From Amoebophrya sp. A120 (taxonomy: Eukaryota > Protista > Dinoflagellata), in NCBI GenBank assembly GCA_905178155.1, contig CAJINV010000008.1, positions 2,418,001-2,482,000 of the forward strand: 64,000 nucleotides of DNA, written 5' to 3'. A program made the position numbers and the translations under genes. How positions within the stretch are numbered: the stretch's first letter is position 1; every line of letters begins with the position of its first letter. Below, piece after piece: positions 12,201 to 23,355 of this stretch. The notes below the pieces were generated by a model. It was not told where the DNA came from, did no database searches, and saw only the letters and a program-made list of their open reading frames with translations.

Positions 12201-13077
12201 GGAAGAAGATCTTGAAGAGCTGAAGGATTATCCTCTCAGATCCGTAGTTGGTGCGTTGCAATGGATCGCGACCACTGCGCGTCCTGACATTTGTGTGCCG
12301 GTTTCTACTTTAGCTCGTTACGTGAGCAAACCAGCCACGAAAAGGATCGCTTACGCCTGTAGAAAAGTGATAAAGTTCCTCCTGACAACGAAGGAAGTGG
12401 GACTGTCATACAGTCCAGAGGAAGAAGAGGCGTTCAATGAGATTTATCAGAAGCTATTGCCGGAGGGCAGGGACGTGCCGCGTCTGAATCTGTTCTCTGA
12501 TGCTGGTTTCGCGAATTGCTTGAAGACGATGCGTTCTACCACCGGTTCGATTATGTACTACCGCGGTTTCCCGATCTGTTGGCGCAGCAATCGGCAGACT
12601 GTGCGTGCGTATTCGACGGCGGAAAGCGAGTATATCGCGGCTTCTGACACTATTGTGCTCAGTGAGCAGAACGACTTTGCTGATTTCTTCGCTCCTCTCC
12701 CTACCAGAATGGTAGAAACACAGTACGGCTTATCTCCGTCCCTGGATGATGCCATCTTGTGGGTGGACAACCAATCCGCAATCGCTACAACCAAAAGCAC
12801 AGACACAAAACCGAAGTCACGGCATTACGCTCTTCGCTATTTGCGTGTGCGAGATGCTGCCAGTCGTATAGTCTTCTGTCCGACGCATTTGATGAAGGCG
12901 GACGGACTTACGAAGCTGGAATGCTCAGCGCCACAGCGCAAGCTGCTCTTGCATCACATAGACAGCTTTGTACGCTGTAGACTTTGGATTTTGACCCGAG
13001 GAGGGGAATTTATGCAGTTTTATATCCATGAATCAGGTAGAGTAGGACTCCTAGGGGCTACAGACTGCATCGATTGA
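9214..13077 (+). pseudogene. pol: Copia pol (PR-IN-RT-RNase H), split by about three frameshifts
   Basis: PR LVDSCA; HRRLGH..CPEC; IN AFDF, RRDNEP, NPEQNGTCER; LRCFGCLVY; RT KARACVLG, DLDSAFLNA, LRKALYGLKDAPRAW, LAVYVDD (~11910); RH FSDAGFA, STAESEY, VDNQSAI, ADGLTK. Confidence 0.93.
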
Positions 13078-13084
13078 GGAGGGG
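13076..13084 (+). other. Polypurine tract of copia element
   Basis: GAGGAGGGG immediately before the TGTTGG of the 3' LTR. Confidence 0.85.
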
Positions 13085-13294
13085 TGTTGGTCATGTGATC
13101 TAAACCCTACCTCCACGCAAGACTGAAGCTTCTATGAGATCCCGAAATGCCTGCTCTCCAAATGCAAACGATGAAGAAAATGGAGTAGATCAGGCTCTCT
13201 TGGTTCCTTCGGATTTTACTTAGACCCGGCGACCCTGGTAAAATCTTTACCAGGGACCCCCGATCCTGATAAAATCCCTACGCCAGGCTCCTAC
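13085..13294 (+). repeat. 3' LTR, left segment
   Basis: Identical to the start of the 5' LTR except a 4-bp CTTC insertion and the last base (C versus T). Confidence 0.95.
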
Positions 13295-13559
13295 TCAGGC
13301 GAACGGGGCCGCACCACCTAAGGCGCTAAATTGGGCGCAAAAATTGCGCAACTTTGAAAATCGGCAGGCCGCGCGAGCCTCTGTATGTGGAGGCGCCAGA
13401 ACGGCGCCCAGGCCCCGGCTGCATACCCTACACAAAAACCCGCGGCGGCGCGCCAAAGGAACGAAGGGGGAGCCACACCGAGGCCGCCAAACATGTGCCC
13501 ACACCAAGGCCCCCCTTTCAAGGTGGCGCGCTCCGGTCATCATACACCTCAACCAACTC

Positions 13560-13940
13560 GGGCAATTTTTGTTCAATTTTGTGTGCAATTTTTGGCCAAT
13601 TCCGTGTGCAATTTTTGTTCAATTTGGTGTGCAATTCCGCCCTGGACCGGGGAAATTACCAAAAAAAATTTCTCTAATTGCGTCTCTAATTCGATGTGCA
13701 ATTTTTTGCGAATTGCCAACCCCGGGCGGGGGGGTGCCAAAATCGCACACGAATGCAATGAAACAGGTCCGGGGGCCCGAATTCCCAAAAAATTCCCCCA
13801 CCGAATTCCCCCCAAAATTAGCGATTTCTCTGCGTGGTCAATCCTACGAATTCCCGCAAAATTCCCCCTGATTTTTTTCCGCTTTTCAAGAATTGCGCGA
13901 AAAATTCCCCGAAGAATTGGGCGAAGAATTCCCCTTCGCG
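13560..13940. repeat. Degenerate short AATT-cored tandem repeats inside TIR element
   Basis: Reiterated GTGTGCAATT(T/C), GTTCAATTT and GAATTCCCC motifs. Confidence 0.65.
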
Positions 13941-14429
13941 AGATGGAAACCGAACCACGACGGCCCACCCGCTTTCATTTGAAAAGACTCCGGGGGCGGG
14001 CCCCGGTCCGCCACGGGCAGGCCGGCAAGCCCTGCGCTCGCGCGGTTCTCTGCGGTGGGCAGAACACACAAAACCACCCAGCTCGAAGGCCCTCAGGCGG
14101 GAAACACCCGCTCTGCCTTGCGTTCTAAAATAGCCCTAATTTTTCCGGCGATTCGGTTTTTTCCTGATCCCAGACCCGGAGACAACCTCCCATCCTCACA
14201 CCCCCTCCCGAAACAGGGAAAACCGAAAAGACCCGAAACCAAGAAACACCAGGGGCCGGGGAACGGTAGCCGACATCGCCCCCTTTGTCGGCTTCAAAAA
14301 TTGCCCGTGGCGACACCTGCGAGGTGGCTTCTACGACATTGCGACCCACCCATTGCCCGAAACTCTGCGACCCCGAGCCCCGCCACCCAATGCGACTTCT
14401 ATTCCTCCCGCCTGAAAACACCCTCTATT

Positions 14430-14655
14430 TTCCCCTTCTAATTTCCTCTGCTAAAGGTTTCTTCTAATTCTCCCTTCTAAAATCCCCCTTTTAATTTGCC
14501 CTTTTAAAATCCCCTTTAATTTGCCTTCTAAAATTCCTTCTAATTCACCCTTTTAAAATCCCTTTTAATTTGTCTTCTAAAATCTCTTTTAATTCACCCC
14601 TCTAAAACCGCTTCTAATTTGGCTTCTAAAAATTCTTCTAATTTTCTTCTAATTC
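14430..14655. repeat. AT-rich ~12-bp-period minisatellite inside TIR element
   Basis: Reiterated CCCTTCTAATTT / CCTTTTAAAATC variants. Confidence 0.8.
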
Positions 14656-15333
14656 TGTTCCAAGTCCGGTGGAAATCTGGCTCCCCGGAACATGTCAGGG
14701 GAGTTTCTAATTTCCATGTAGCGCAAAATCCCGTAGGATTTTGCGATTTTGGACTTGGAGCCAAGAATTAGAAGATGATTAGAAGCCGGGACGGACACAT
14801 GATCATCCCTGTTTAGATGATTTTCATGCTCCAAGTCCGGCGCCCAGAAAGTCCTATACCCTCACCACCCGCGCGTGATGAGCATGATGGTTGAACTTTT
14901 TCAACCATCATGTTCGGAACCAAAACAGGAACATTCCTGAGCAGGTCGAGGAACCTTCCCAGGAATTTTCGCGTGTGGAGCACATCCCAACTACCTAGCC
15001 CACATGTGGAACACGCCCCCACCCAAAGCAGGTGGAGAAAGAAACACGACGAGGGCTGCGCCCCGATCCCCAGAACACCTGCGAGACATGTGGGCTACCG
15101 GGAAACCACCGAAAACTGCCCGAATTTTTAAATTTTAATTCCCTGGAGAAACCATCGACACGACGGCACCGGGCAAACAGATACGGGCGGGGCGACAGGA
15201 ACCACGTTGGGATGGGGCAAAACAAAGAAATTCCAGGGCCCGGGTGGGGTCGGCCACCACACTGCCCCGAAGCGTCGGCGCAACCGGGCAGGCCGGCGCC
15301 ACGGAAATCGCGAAACGCCGGGAATTTTAGCGG

Positions 15334-15470
15334 TTTTACAATCTCTCTTGCTACGCTAGAATAGATGTTATTGCTGACCCTTGATCCGCGTGTGGACTGC
15401 TCGCTCAAGAATGCGGAGCCGCTCGTTGAATGTGAGCCGGGAAAAATGGTTTTTCGCGTGCGAAAAACTC
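15334..15470. repeat. Split direct repeat A, terminal copy (137 bp)
   Basis: Matches 23025-23161 with one mismatch. Confidence 0.95.
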
Positions 15471-15657
15471 GATCCTGGGCGTGTGCACGCTCGGGAGGGA
15501 CTCTCACCGAGACACAGGAGAACCCGAAATGTGTCCAAAAAGCTGTGTATGGTTTCGTGGAACACGAGCCGACAGCCTAGGTCAAACAAAAAACGAACGC
15601 ACCGCGACTGGCGAGAATGTGCGCGTAGCGACAACATAAATACTCTATGAACGAAAC

Positions 15658-18036
15658 TCAAATCATGTGTTCAAAAGCTATGTCAGAATCTTTTTCATGC
15701 GACTTGATGAACTTGTCTTGCTTCTTGCACCACTTGGTGGGCTCGTAGTAATGGCTCATGGAAATGCCAGGCAAAACACCGAATTCTTCTGGGTTTTTTA
15801 ACTTCATGGCCTTACTGGCAATGTCCTTTGCATGATGTGAAAACGACTTCATTTCTGCAAAGGCGCCCGGGAAGTTCTTCATGATGTACCACAAAAATCG
15901 TGGCCTCGTTGGGATGTCAGCGGGATTGAAACCGGTCGGAACACGGTCGACCCAGGGCGCGAGCCCGAATAAGCTGCAGGTCGACCAGAAAAACAAAGCA
16001 GCGGTGGCCATGTGCTGGACGGGGGAATTCTGGTTGAGGAATGCGCACTTCGCACTGTCGTTGTCGACAGACAACCTGAAGTGACCAACTTCCTGCAACA
16101 GCTGCTTGAATTCGTGGACCGCGACTACGGGGGCGACAGTTTCCAAAAATGAAATCGGAAACTTAGCCGGCACTTCTTCTGCGAGATCGGCTTCAAACAC
16201 TTCCAAATGCCGCCCGAACAAATGGTCGCCGACGACGATGATCGCGGATATCCATCCGGAGCCGTGGCTGAAAGACGCGTCGGTGTAGAGCATCAAATTG
16301 TCGGAATGCGGGGACTCAAATGTCGCCCTCTTCTTGATGTCGGCGGAAAGCAGGAACTTAACGTTGTGGAGGCATTGTTTCACTTTTTCAGAAAAAGCAG
16401 AATTCGGAGCCGCAGGCAAATGAATGTATTGGGCGAGAGGCTTCAAAACAGGGCTGTACCTCCGGTCGACTAATGAGGACAAGCAAAACATCACCTTGCC
16501 ATGCAAAGTCTCGGCAACATCGAGAGGCAACGAAGCAGATGACAACGCATCGTCAATAATTTTTGTGATGCTATCTTTTCGCTGGAGTGAAACAAAGAAT
16601 TCCGGAACATCTGTAGCCAGGTCGAACATCAACCCCAGCACCTCGGTAACCTTCTCCAGCTTGACTCTCGCCGGGTGGACGCTGAAGTTGAGGACGCGGA
16701 ACACGTGCAGAACAGCATCTTTTGCCCGAGCACCGACCTTCTCCGGGACGGGAGGCGCGAAGTCGTCCACGTACACGCTCAGCATCAGCTGCACGAAGAA
16801 GACGACGATGCAGCGGAGGGCTTCCGAAACTCGGACCCAGCAAACGACGGAATGCACGTTGCCGAAGATCAACGTCAAGGCTTCGTAGAAGCGATAGACC
16901 ATCTTGTCCAGATCGAAGACGCGCAAACGATTGTACTGCCGGTGCTCTGGCCGTACCGCAATTGTGTTGTACGCCTTGTGCACGTCGATGACCAGCATCA
17001 TCAGGGAGATGAGAAGGCTGGGGAAGAATTTCGTCCTCTTCGGGTGTTCGTCTGCAGAATAGCAATTTGAACTGTCTGCGGATGCGTGGTACGAAGCGGG
17101 CTGCTTAAGCAACTCTTCTGGAATAGGAGCGTTGTTTTCAATGAAGTCTACAAACGCATCCTCATACTGTTTCTCCAAGCTGCGACCGCGCTTGACAGTC
17201 TTCTTCGACATCGCGACAAAATTCTGTTCCCGGAGGGCAGGGTTGTGCAAAACGGCACAAGAGCCAAGAACTTCTTGGGCCGAGCCCATCGGAACGCCGC
17301 GCGTCAAATTGCTGCGAGAATTGCAGGCGCAGGCCGGATCTATCATCCGGATCTTGGTCTTCTGCTCGACGCAGAACCGCCTCCAAACGTGTTTCCACTT
17401 CTTTTTCTTCGCCTGTCTAAATGAAATGCCCGGCGCCAAGCGAGCGTGCCCGAGCATCGGCTCGACTTGCGTTTCCTCTTCGGTTTGTCGGAAAATTTCG
17501 CGGATATGGTGCTCGGGCCAATCCGGTGGCGGAGACCCGTTTTTGTAGGAAGAAAGGTTGCACGGTGGTTCGGACGACGAGAACCACGGCTTCCTGCGGG
17601 AGGGAGGAGGACCCCACGAATCGGGCGCGTTGCAGTCACGTATGCAAGTCCCGCCTTCCACAAGAACGTCTTGAACAACATCCTGGTCGGTGTACCCCGC
17701 GGCGCGAAGAGAAGAGGCCATGAAGCCCAAATTGTACTTCCCGTGGAATTCGCGAATTTCCGGCGTCATCTTGTCTTTCAACTGCTGATCCAGCGACCGC
17801 GAATTTTCGTTCATGGCGTCGATTTCCGCAATAACATCCTTCGACTCCAGTTTTTCGTGGTCAACGTCGAGGAAGCACTTTTTGATGGGAACGAATGGGG
17901 ATTTTTTCCTCTTGTCGCATTTGATGCGCTCTTGCATGTGCGTCCACTTGGTGGAATAGCCGTTACTTTCCTCCTGTGTCACGGAGAAAGCAGCACCGTC
18001 GTGCGACGACGCCGACGAAGAATGTGGTGCACTCAT
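15658..18036 (-). CDS. Reverse transcriptase-RNase H of YR retrotransposon
   Basis: KIRMID, IDVHKAY, LIFGNVHS, VYVDDF, EVLGLMFD; RNase H YTDAS, ISFLET, VDNDSA, VPTGFNPADIPTR (DIRS-type). Frame is open to 18294; ATG 18036 is the preferred start. Confidence 0.92.
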   Translation of the reverse strand: MSAPHSSSASSHDGAAFSVTQEESNGYSTKWTHMQERIKCDKRKKSPFVPIKKCFLDVDHEKLESKDVIAEIDAMNENSRSLDQQLKDKMTPEIREFHGKYNLGFMASSLRAAGYTDQDVVQDVLVEGGTCIRDCNAPDSWGPPPSRRKPWFSSSEPPCNLSSYKNGSPPPDWPEHHIREIFRQTEEETQVEPMLGHARLAPGISFRQAKKKKWKHVWRRFCVEQKTKIRMIDPACACNSRSNLTRGVPMGSAQEVLGSCAVLHNPALREQNFVAMSKKTVKRGRSLEKQYEDAFVDFIENNAPIPEELLKQPASYHASADSSNCYSADEHPKRTKFFPSLLISLMMLVIDVHKAYNTIAVRPEHRQYNRLRVFDLDKMVYRFYEALTLIFGNVHSVVCWVRVSEALRCIVVFFVQLMLSVYVDDFAPPVPEKVGARAKDAVLHVFRVLNFSVHPARVKLEKVTEVLGLMFDLATDVPEFFVSLQRKDSITKIIDDALSSASLPLDVAETLHGKVMFCLSSLVDRRYSPVLKPLAQYIHLPAAPNSAFSEKVKQCLHNVKFLLSADIKKRATFESPHSDNLMLYTDASFSHGSGWISAIIVVGDHLFGRHLEVFEADLAEEVPAKFPISFLETVAPVVAVHEFKQLLQEVGHFRLSVDNDSAKCAFLNQNSPVQHMATAALFFWSTCSLFGLAPWVDRVPTGFNPADIPTRPRFLWYIMKNFPGAFAEMKSFSHHAKDIASKAMKLKNPEEFGVLPGISMSHYYEPTKWCKKQDKFIKSHEKDSDIAFEHMI

Positions 18037-18648
18037 GATGAATGATGAGACACGGCTATGGAAAGGAAAGAAATCAATCCAGAAAAGCGTAATGCCCTTG
18101 GTGACTCGCTCATGGAATGAAACTGGTGGCATCCACTCTCTGTATCTCGAGAAAATGCGAGATTTTGCGTCCGAATCTCTCTTGTCCAAAAAACGACTAA
18201 ACGAGTGGAACTCCATGCTGGCGACGTGCAAATGCACGAAAGTCGCTTGCAGAAAAATGCTGCAGCATGTGAATGTATGGGCTTTTTTGGACAATCATGT
18301 AAAATATGGTTCCTTTCAGGAGCGAGAGTCGATTCTATGGAAATGATGTTGCAGCATCATGGAAATTATTCATGAAGTTTTTTCATGGAAATGGAAAGTG
18401 ACATTGCATAGAAAACATGGAAAAACATGCTAGCATGGAAACGAGGGCTTTATGGCTATTCATTATGGAAAAAGGTGACTTTGTAAAACAAGATGATGCG
18501 CATGAGTAGTTGATGCACATTATACGAACCGACGATTTGATCATTGTTGGTACTTAGTTTTCTTTAAAAATCAGGGTGCGTTTTTCAAACGAAATTCCGT
18601 CGACATGTAGACTTACATGGACACAAAAAACAAAATTCGAGTGTGGAC

Positions 18649-21018
18649 TTAGTGTTCAGAATCAGAGCTGGAACTAGAGTCAGAGCTAGATGATTCCTGC
18701 TTCTTGGTCTTCATCTTCTTCTTCTCCTGCGACGCGGCGGCCTCGGATTTCTTCTTATCCACCGGGGCGGACTTGGAGCGCTTGGGAAAGAATTTTTCGA
18801 TGTTGTCCCCTTTGTAGTCGGAACCAGACATCCAGCGAAAATAAGATACCTTTTTTAATGCCTGTTTCCCTGAATGCGTGGCTTTCAAAGCCTTGAAATC
18901 CTGCTTCGAGAGCTGCGACTTCTTCTTCGGGTGCAAACCCTTCTCGCACTGCTCGCAGCCAGAAGAAGTTTTCGTGACGGAATTCGTGCACGGCGAGCAC
19001 CGCAAGAAATGCCAGCACACCTTCACTTTCTTTCCCGCCTCAATCAAGTCCGCCTTCGTAGAATCGCGCCTGGGAGAGCGCTCGCGATTGGAGGAGGGGC
19101 TGGAAGAATTGATGTTCAAAATGTCGCGAAAAGTGGTGTCGGAAAACATGTTCGCGGTAGAGTGCGCCACCTGCATCGACTGGTTCATTTTGAAGCGGAA
19201 ACTCTCCAGCTGATTTTCGTCCATGGAAAAGAACGTGAAGAGCCGTTCTTGGTATGAAGAGTTGTACTGCTCGCCGTCATAGTAGTAGATGCGGTCAGGG
19301 GCCAAGGAGTCCGCTGAACTGGACAGGACCTCGTAGAATTTCTTCGTGGCCACCTGTTCCCACTGCTCCGGGTTCGCGGAATCCGGGACCGCCTTCACGT
19401 GATCGTCCAGAAACAAGACAAGATCACCTGCTTGGGACGAGTTTTCGAACACGGGGGGGATTTTTCCGCCGACTGCCAAGTGCCTCAGCAGGGTCGCCGG
19501 TCGCATCGGAGTAGTCGTTTTTTGCGCCTTCACATCCTGCACTTGGATTTGGTTCTTGTAACTGTAAATCGCTCCGATGTGCACTGCTGTGTGGATGGAT
19601 TTGTCGCGGACTGCCTGCTGAATCTTTTTGAACGAGTCAATTGTGATTCGATCCTGCTTGGGGATTTTGTCAGTGGCGTTAGCGAACGCAGTGGTTTCTA
19701 GTTCTGTCGCCGGTGCTGACGGATTGTACGGATCGTTGGGGGCAGGAAATGCCTGGACCAACCCGTTCACGCCGGTGGAAATTGCGGCTTGCTGGTGTAG
19801 CAAAAGTTGCAAGTTGGCGCTCTGCTGCAGCATGAATTGGCTTTGCTGGTACAGCTGCTGGAAATACAAATTCGCGTGCTGCTGGTGCCAGGGGTCGACC
19901 GCTGGACCGGGGACTGCTGCCTGCGCTCCTGCACCCGGCGGGATCTGATTTCCCTGCGCGGGGGCGACTGCGGGGGCCTGCACAAACTGCTGATTGGCTG
20001 CTCCTGCGGCATTCTGATTCGCCGCTACATTGGGCTGCTGTGCTGCGCCTGCAGCCGGAGCGGCTGCTCCACCGTTTACCTGGTTCTGCTGGGCGACTCC
20101 GGCAGCTGGAATTGCTGCGCCACCAGCATTCAAATTCTGGTTGCCGCCTGCTGGGGCTTGGGCACCGGCTCCACCTGCAGCTTGATTCGCTGGGATTGCA
20201 CCAGCAGCTGCGGGCGGGGGAGCTACTGCTCCTTGGTTTTGATTCTGGTTCGCACCCGCGGCAGCTGGAATTGCTGCACCGCCTGCACCTTGCGCTGCGA
20301 TGTTTGCGCCGGCCGCGGCGTTATTGACTGCTGCACCCGCACCTTGATTCTGGTTCTGCACAGCACCGGCTGCTGGGGGAATAGCGGCTGCGCCGGCAAC
20401 TTGACCCGGATTCTGCACCGCACCGGCTGCCGCTGGAAATGCAGCACCGCCTGTTCCCTGGTTGTTCGCCTGGGCTGCACCAGCGATTGCTGGACCCTGG
20501 AATGCAGGTTGGGCGGCGGGGGCTGCAGCAGCTGCTCCTCCCTGTTGCTGAACAGCATTCGCGATTGCAGCAGCTGGAATTCCTGCTCCACCGGCGGCGG
20601 GAATGTTGGGTAATAATCCGGCAGCTCCCGCGAGGTTGGCGTTTGCTCCTCCTTGGTTGATGATGGCCTGCGCTGCCGCAGCGACGGGTTGATTGGCCTG
20701 GGCACCAGCAGCGGGAATTCCTGCACCCTTGGCTGCACCAACAACTGCTGCGCCTGCGACTGCACCCCCTTTCGCCACGGGGACATGAGCACCACCTTTC
20801 GCCTTGGGGATGATGAGTCCTTTGTTGCCTTTCCCTTTCGCTTTGGGGATGACGGGATCTGCTCCGCCATTGGTAGCGTCCGCGTTCTGGTCGACTGTGC
20901 CGTAGGGATTAATGTGCAGCGCGGGCGGAATGGCCGGCAACTGCGGGAATTGTCCCAGAATTCCGGCACCAGGGCCTCCCATCATGCCGTTGATGTTCGC
21001 GAAGACTCCGTCGTTCAT
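18649..21018 (-). CDS. Gag-like protein with Ala/Gly/Gln/Asn repeats and CCCH-like zinc finger
   Basis: 789 aa; repeated GAAIPAAAGA..QNQ units; CWHFLRCSPC...CEKGLH; basic/Ser-rich tail. Confidence 0.8.
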   Translation of the reverse strand: MNDGVFANINGMMGGPGAGILGQFPQLPAIPPALHINPYGTVDQNADATNGGADPVIPKAKGKGNKGLIIPKAKGGAHVPVAKGGAVAGAAVVGAAKGAGIPAAGAQANQPVAAAAQAIINQGGANANLAGAAGLLPNIPAAGGAGIPAAAIANAVQQQGGAAAAAPAAQPAFQGPAIAGAAQANNQGTGGAAFPAAAGAVQNPGQVAGAAAIPPAAGAVQNQNQGAGAAVNNAAAGANIAAQGAGGAAIPAAAGANQNQNQGAVAPPPAAAGAIPANQAAGGAGAQAPAGGNQNLNAGGAAIPAAGVAQQNQVNGGAAAPAAGAAQQPNVAANQNAAGAANQQFVQAPAVAPAQGNQIPPGAGAQAAVPGPAVDPWHQQHANLYFQQLYQQSQFMLQQSANLQLLLHQQAAISTGVNGLVQAFPAPNDPYNPSAPATELETTAFANATDKIPKQDRITIDSFKKIQQAVRDKSIHTAVHIGAIYSYKNQIQVQDVKAQKTTTPMRPATLLRHLAVGGKIPPVFENSSQAGDLVLFLDDHVKAVPDSANPEQWEQVATKKFYEVLSSSADSLAPDRIYYYDGEQYNSSYQERLFTFFSMDENQLESFRFKMNQSMQVAHSTANMFSDTTFRDILNINSSSPSSNRERSPRRDSTKADLIEAGKKVKVCWHFLRCSPCTNSVTKTSSGCEQCEKGLHPKKKSQLSKQDFKALKATHSGKQALKKVSYFRWMSGSDYKGDNIEKFFPKRSKSAPVDKKKSEAAASQEKKKMKTKKQESSSSDSSSSSDSEH

Positions 21019-21378
21019 CTTGGAAAAACTTTTTGTCGGGAATGAAACGAATGTTTCAAGACGTGAAAATTGGCTGTGGGTAGTGTGATGAATTTCCGAT
21101 GCGTAAACAGCAGAATGTCTTGTTTGATTGGTGATGTCTCTCGGTGAGTTTGAGTGAGACGCTCGTGCAGATTTTGCAGAATGTGAGTTTTGAATGCGGA
21201 CTTCCTCGTTTATGAATTCGCTCGTGAATTTTCCTAGTGGAGAATGCCACTTGAATGTTTGACGGCAAGAGCAGGAAATGAATATGTGGCGGAATCACAG
21301 AACAGAACAACCTTGATGCATCGAATGGATGCAAGGAAGTAGAGAACTCGAACGAGTTCGAATAAAATAATTTACGTC

Positions 21379-22872
21379 TCATGGAATAAACACAAATCCA
21401 GCGAATTCGTTAGCCGGGTAGGTGTTGTTGCGGTTGTAATATTCTTTCATGTTCTCCGTGCGCCATCGGAGATGACAACCTATGCGACTGCTGTTCAATT
21501 TACATGACATGAGTTGTTGTAAACAACCTATACGCATTGATTGCGTCCTCGTGGAGGAGAAAAACCGTTCGTATGTTTTCATGAACGACTCACGCCAGTC
21601 AGATGCGGAAGAAGCCAAAATTGGAACAAGACGGTGCGGACACAACACATGCAATGGGGAACCACATAAACACTTAACATATACCTTTCGTATAAAGTTA
21701 CTTTTTAATATGTAACGGTCTAGTGACAGACAGAAAACTTTAGCTGCCGGGTTAAAGCTAAAGTCGCCAGAAAAGAGCTGGTATACGTTGCTCTGTCTTG
21801 CATTTAAGTGGATTATTTGCATGGACTCTTCGTAATCACCTCCATCTTCTTCGTCGGAATTATCTTCGACTGCAGATGAAGAGAAGACGTCAGCTGTACC
21901 GAACTGGATTTTCTGGAGCAAGGTCGCCTTGCGGAGCCCGAACAGAAAACCGATGCTAACTGCCGCAGCAAATTCCTGGTGGTGTTTGTGGATCGGTTGA
22001 TTGATCTCGAGGAGTTCCGAGATCATAACCGGCGGGGCCTGCGTGTGGTTAAACTTCCCTGTCCTTTTTTGTCGAGTGACGAGTTGGGACAGGTACAGCT
22101 TATCTTCCTTGCCGAGGTTGCACGCACCGGGGACAGCTTCGAATCTTGCTACCACCGACCAGAGATAATCGTCGGCGGTGGCGTAGATGCTGCGATCGTC
22201 ATGGTCACCCACTAGAGCAGCAAAAAAGTGGGAAGCGTGGAGTCGTGTTAGCGGCCACGGTTTTTTCAGAAAGCCGAGATCTGGGTGTGCACTTGCTCGT
22301 TCGCAGAATTGGAAGTAACACTTGACTCGAGCGTCTTCCGTTTTGTTGGCCGGACGATACGTGATGGAGTCGTGAGCTGCCTGAAGACGATTCCTGTCGT
22401 CTACCAGCTCGAAAACCTCCGCTTTCTGCTTTGTATTCCTTGTTTTTTCTGGATTCAATGCGTCTTTGTACAACTTCAGCATCTTCGGGTGACTTGCAAT
22501 TTCTGTAAAGAAACCTGGAGCGTGCTTCGCGGTAGACGGAGCTGAACCAGTGAAACTGGCAACCGGAAGGGCGGCTTCATGACATGCGTTCACAGCCGAT
22601 GCAAAAACTGAATCAGAAATCGAAGGTGCTTGTTGTTGAGCAAAGGAACCGATTGCTCGCTGTTGAGAAGGCCGTGAGTATGGAGCAGGTACTGAGTCCG
22701 ACATGCTTCTGGTTCGTGTGTGCCGCGACGTCGACGAATGGATCGGTGCGTTGTGGCTGATGCTGCTGCTTGTGAGGTCTGACTCTGCTCTCCTCCGTGC
22801 AATTAGCGCGCCAGCTTGAACAGCTGACGACGAAGATGAGCTTTGTGTGATTAAAGCTTTGCGTCGATCCAT
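21379..22872 (-). CDS. Tyrosine recombinase of YR retrotransposon
   Basis: GFLFGLRKA (first catalytic Arg), LCPH, TQSMRIG (HxxR equivalent), LRWRTENMKEYY (W and catalytic Tyr). Confidence 0.85.
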   Translation of the reverse strand: MDRRKALITQSSSSSSAVQAGALIARRRAESDLTSSSISHNAPIHSSTSRHTRTRSMSDSVPAPYSRPSQQRAIGSFAQQQAPSISDSVFASAVNACHEAALPVASFTGSAPSTAKHAPGFFTEIASHPKMLKLYKDALNPEKTRNTKQKAEVFELVDDRNRLQAAHDSITYRPANKTEDARVKCYFQFCERASAHPDLGFLKKPWPLTRLHASHFFAALVGDHDDRSIYATADDYLWSVVARFEAVPGACNLGKEDKLYLSQLVTRQKRTGKFNHTQAPPVMISELLEINQPIHKHHQEFAAAVSIGFLFGLRKATLLQKIQFGTADVFSSSAVEDNSDEEDGGDYEESMQIIHLNARQSNVYQLFSGDFSFNPAAKVFCLSLDRYILKSNFIRKVYVKCLCGSPLHVLCPHRLVPILASSASDWRESFMKTYERFFSSTRTQSMRIGCLQQLMSCKLNSSRIGCHLRWRTENMKEYYNRNNTYPANEFAGFVFIP

Positions 22873-22914
22873 CTTCCTTGGGTGGGATCAAACTTGGTTG
22901 ATCAATAGGGTGGG

Positions 22915-23161
22915 AAAAATAAGTAGAGAAAAGAATTTTTCTCGACCGTCCTGAAGTCTGTGCCCTTATCTATCGCTTCGCTCTTTCGATTGTAAAATTG
23001 CATTTCGTGGCGCTATATTCGGTATTTTACAATCTCTCTTGCTACGCTAGAATAGATGTTATTGTTGACCCTTGATCCGCGTGTGGACTGCTCGCTCAAG
23101 AATGCGGAGCCGCTCGTTGAATGTGAGCCGGGAAAAATGGTTTTTCGCGTGCGAAAAACTC
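22915..23161. repeat. Internal B-A junction of the split direct repeats
   Basis: B at 22915-23028 abuts A at 23025-23161, overlapping at TTTT. Confidence 0.95.
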
Positions 23162-23355
23162 TCTCTGTCTTTACGCTCAGGACAACGATTGTCAAATGCC
23201 AACCTGTTGTGTACTCTCACCACCAGGGCGAAGACTGCCTCGAACAGAATGACTGAATTCCGAGGAAAAGTACACCAACAGGTCGAGACCTCGACGACTG
23301 TCGGTAGCTCAGAGGGAGGTGTCGCAACTCACCTTCATCAGAGAATACGACGGTA

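Noticed and set aside
13295-15333. Many overlapping ORFs read as a transposase
   Set aside because: Products of GC-rich repetitive DNA; no DDE or other catalytic motifs
15881-21045. + strand ORFs opposite RT and Gag
   Set aside because: Antisense shadows of codon-biased genes
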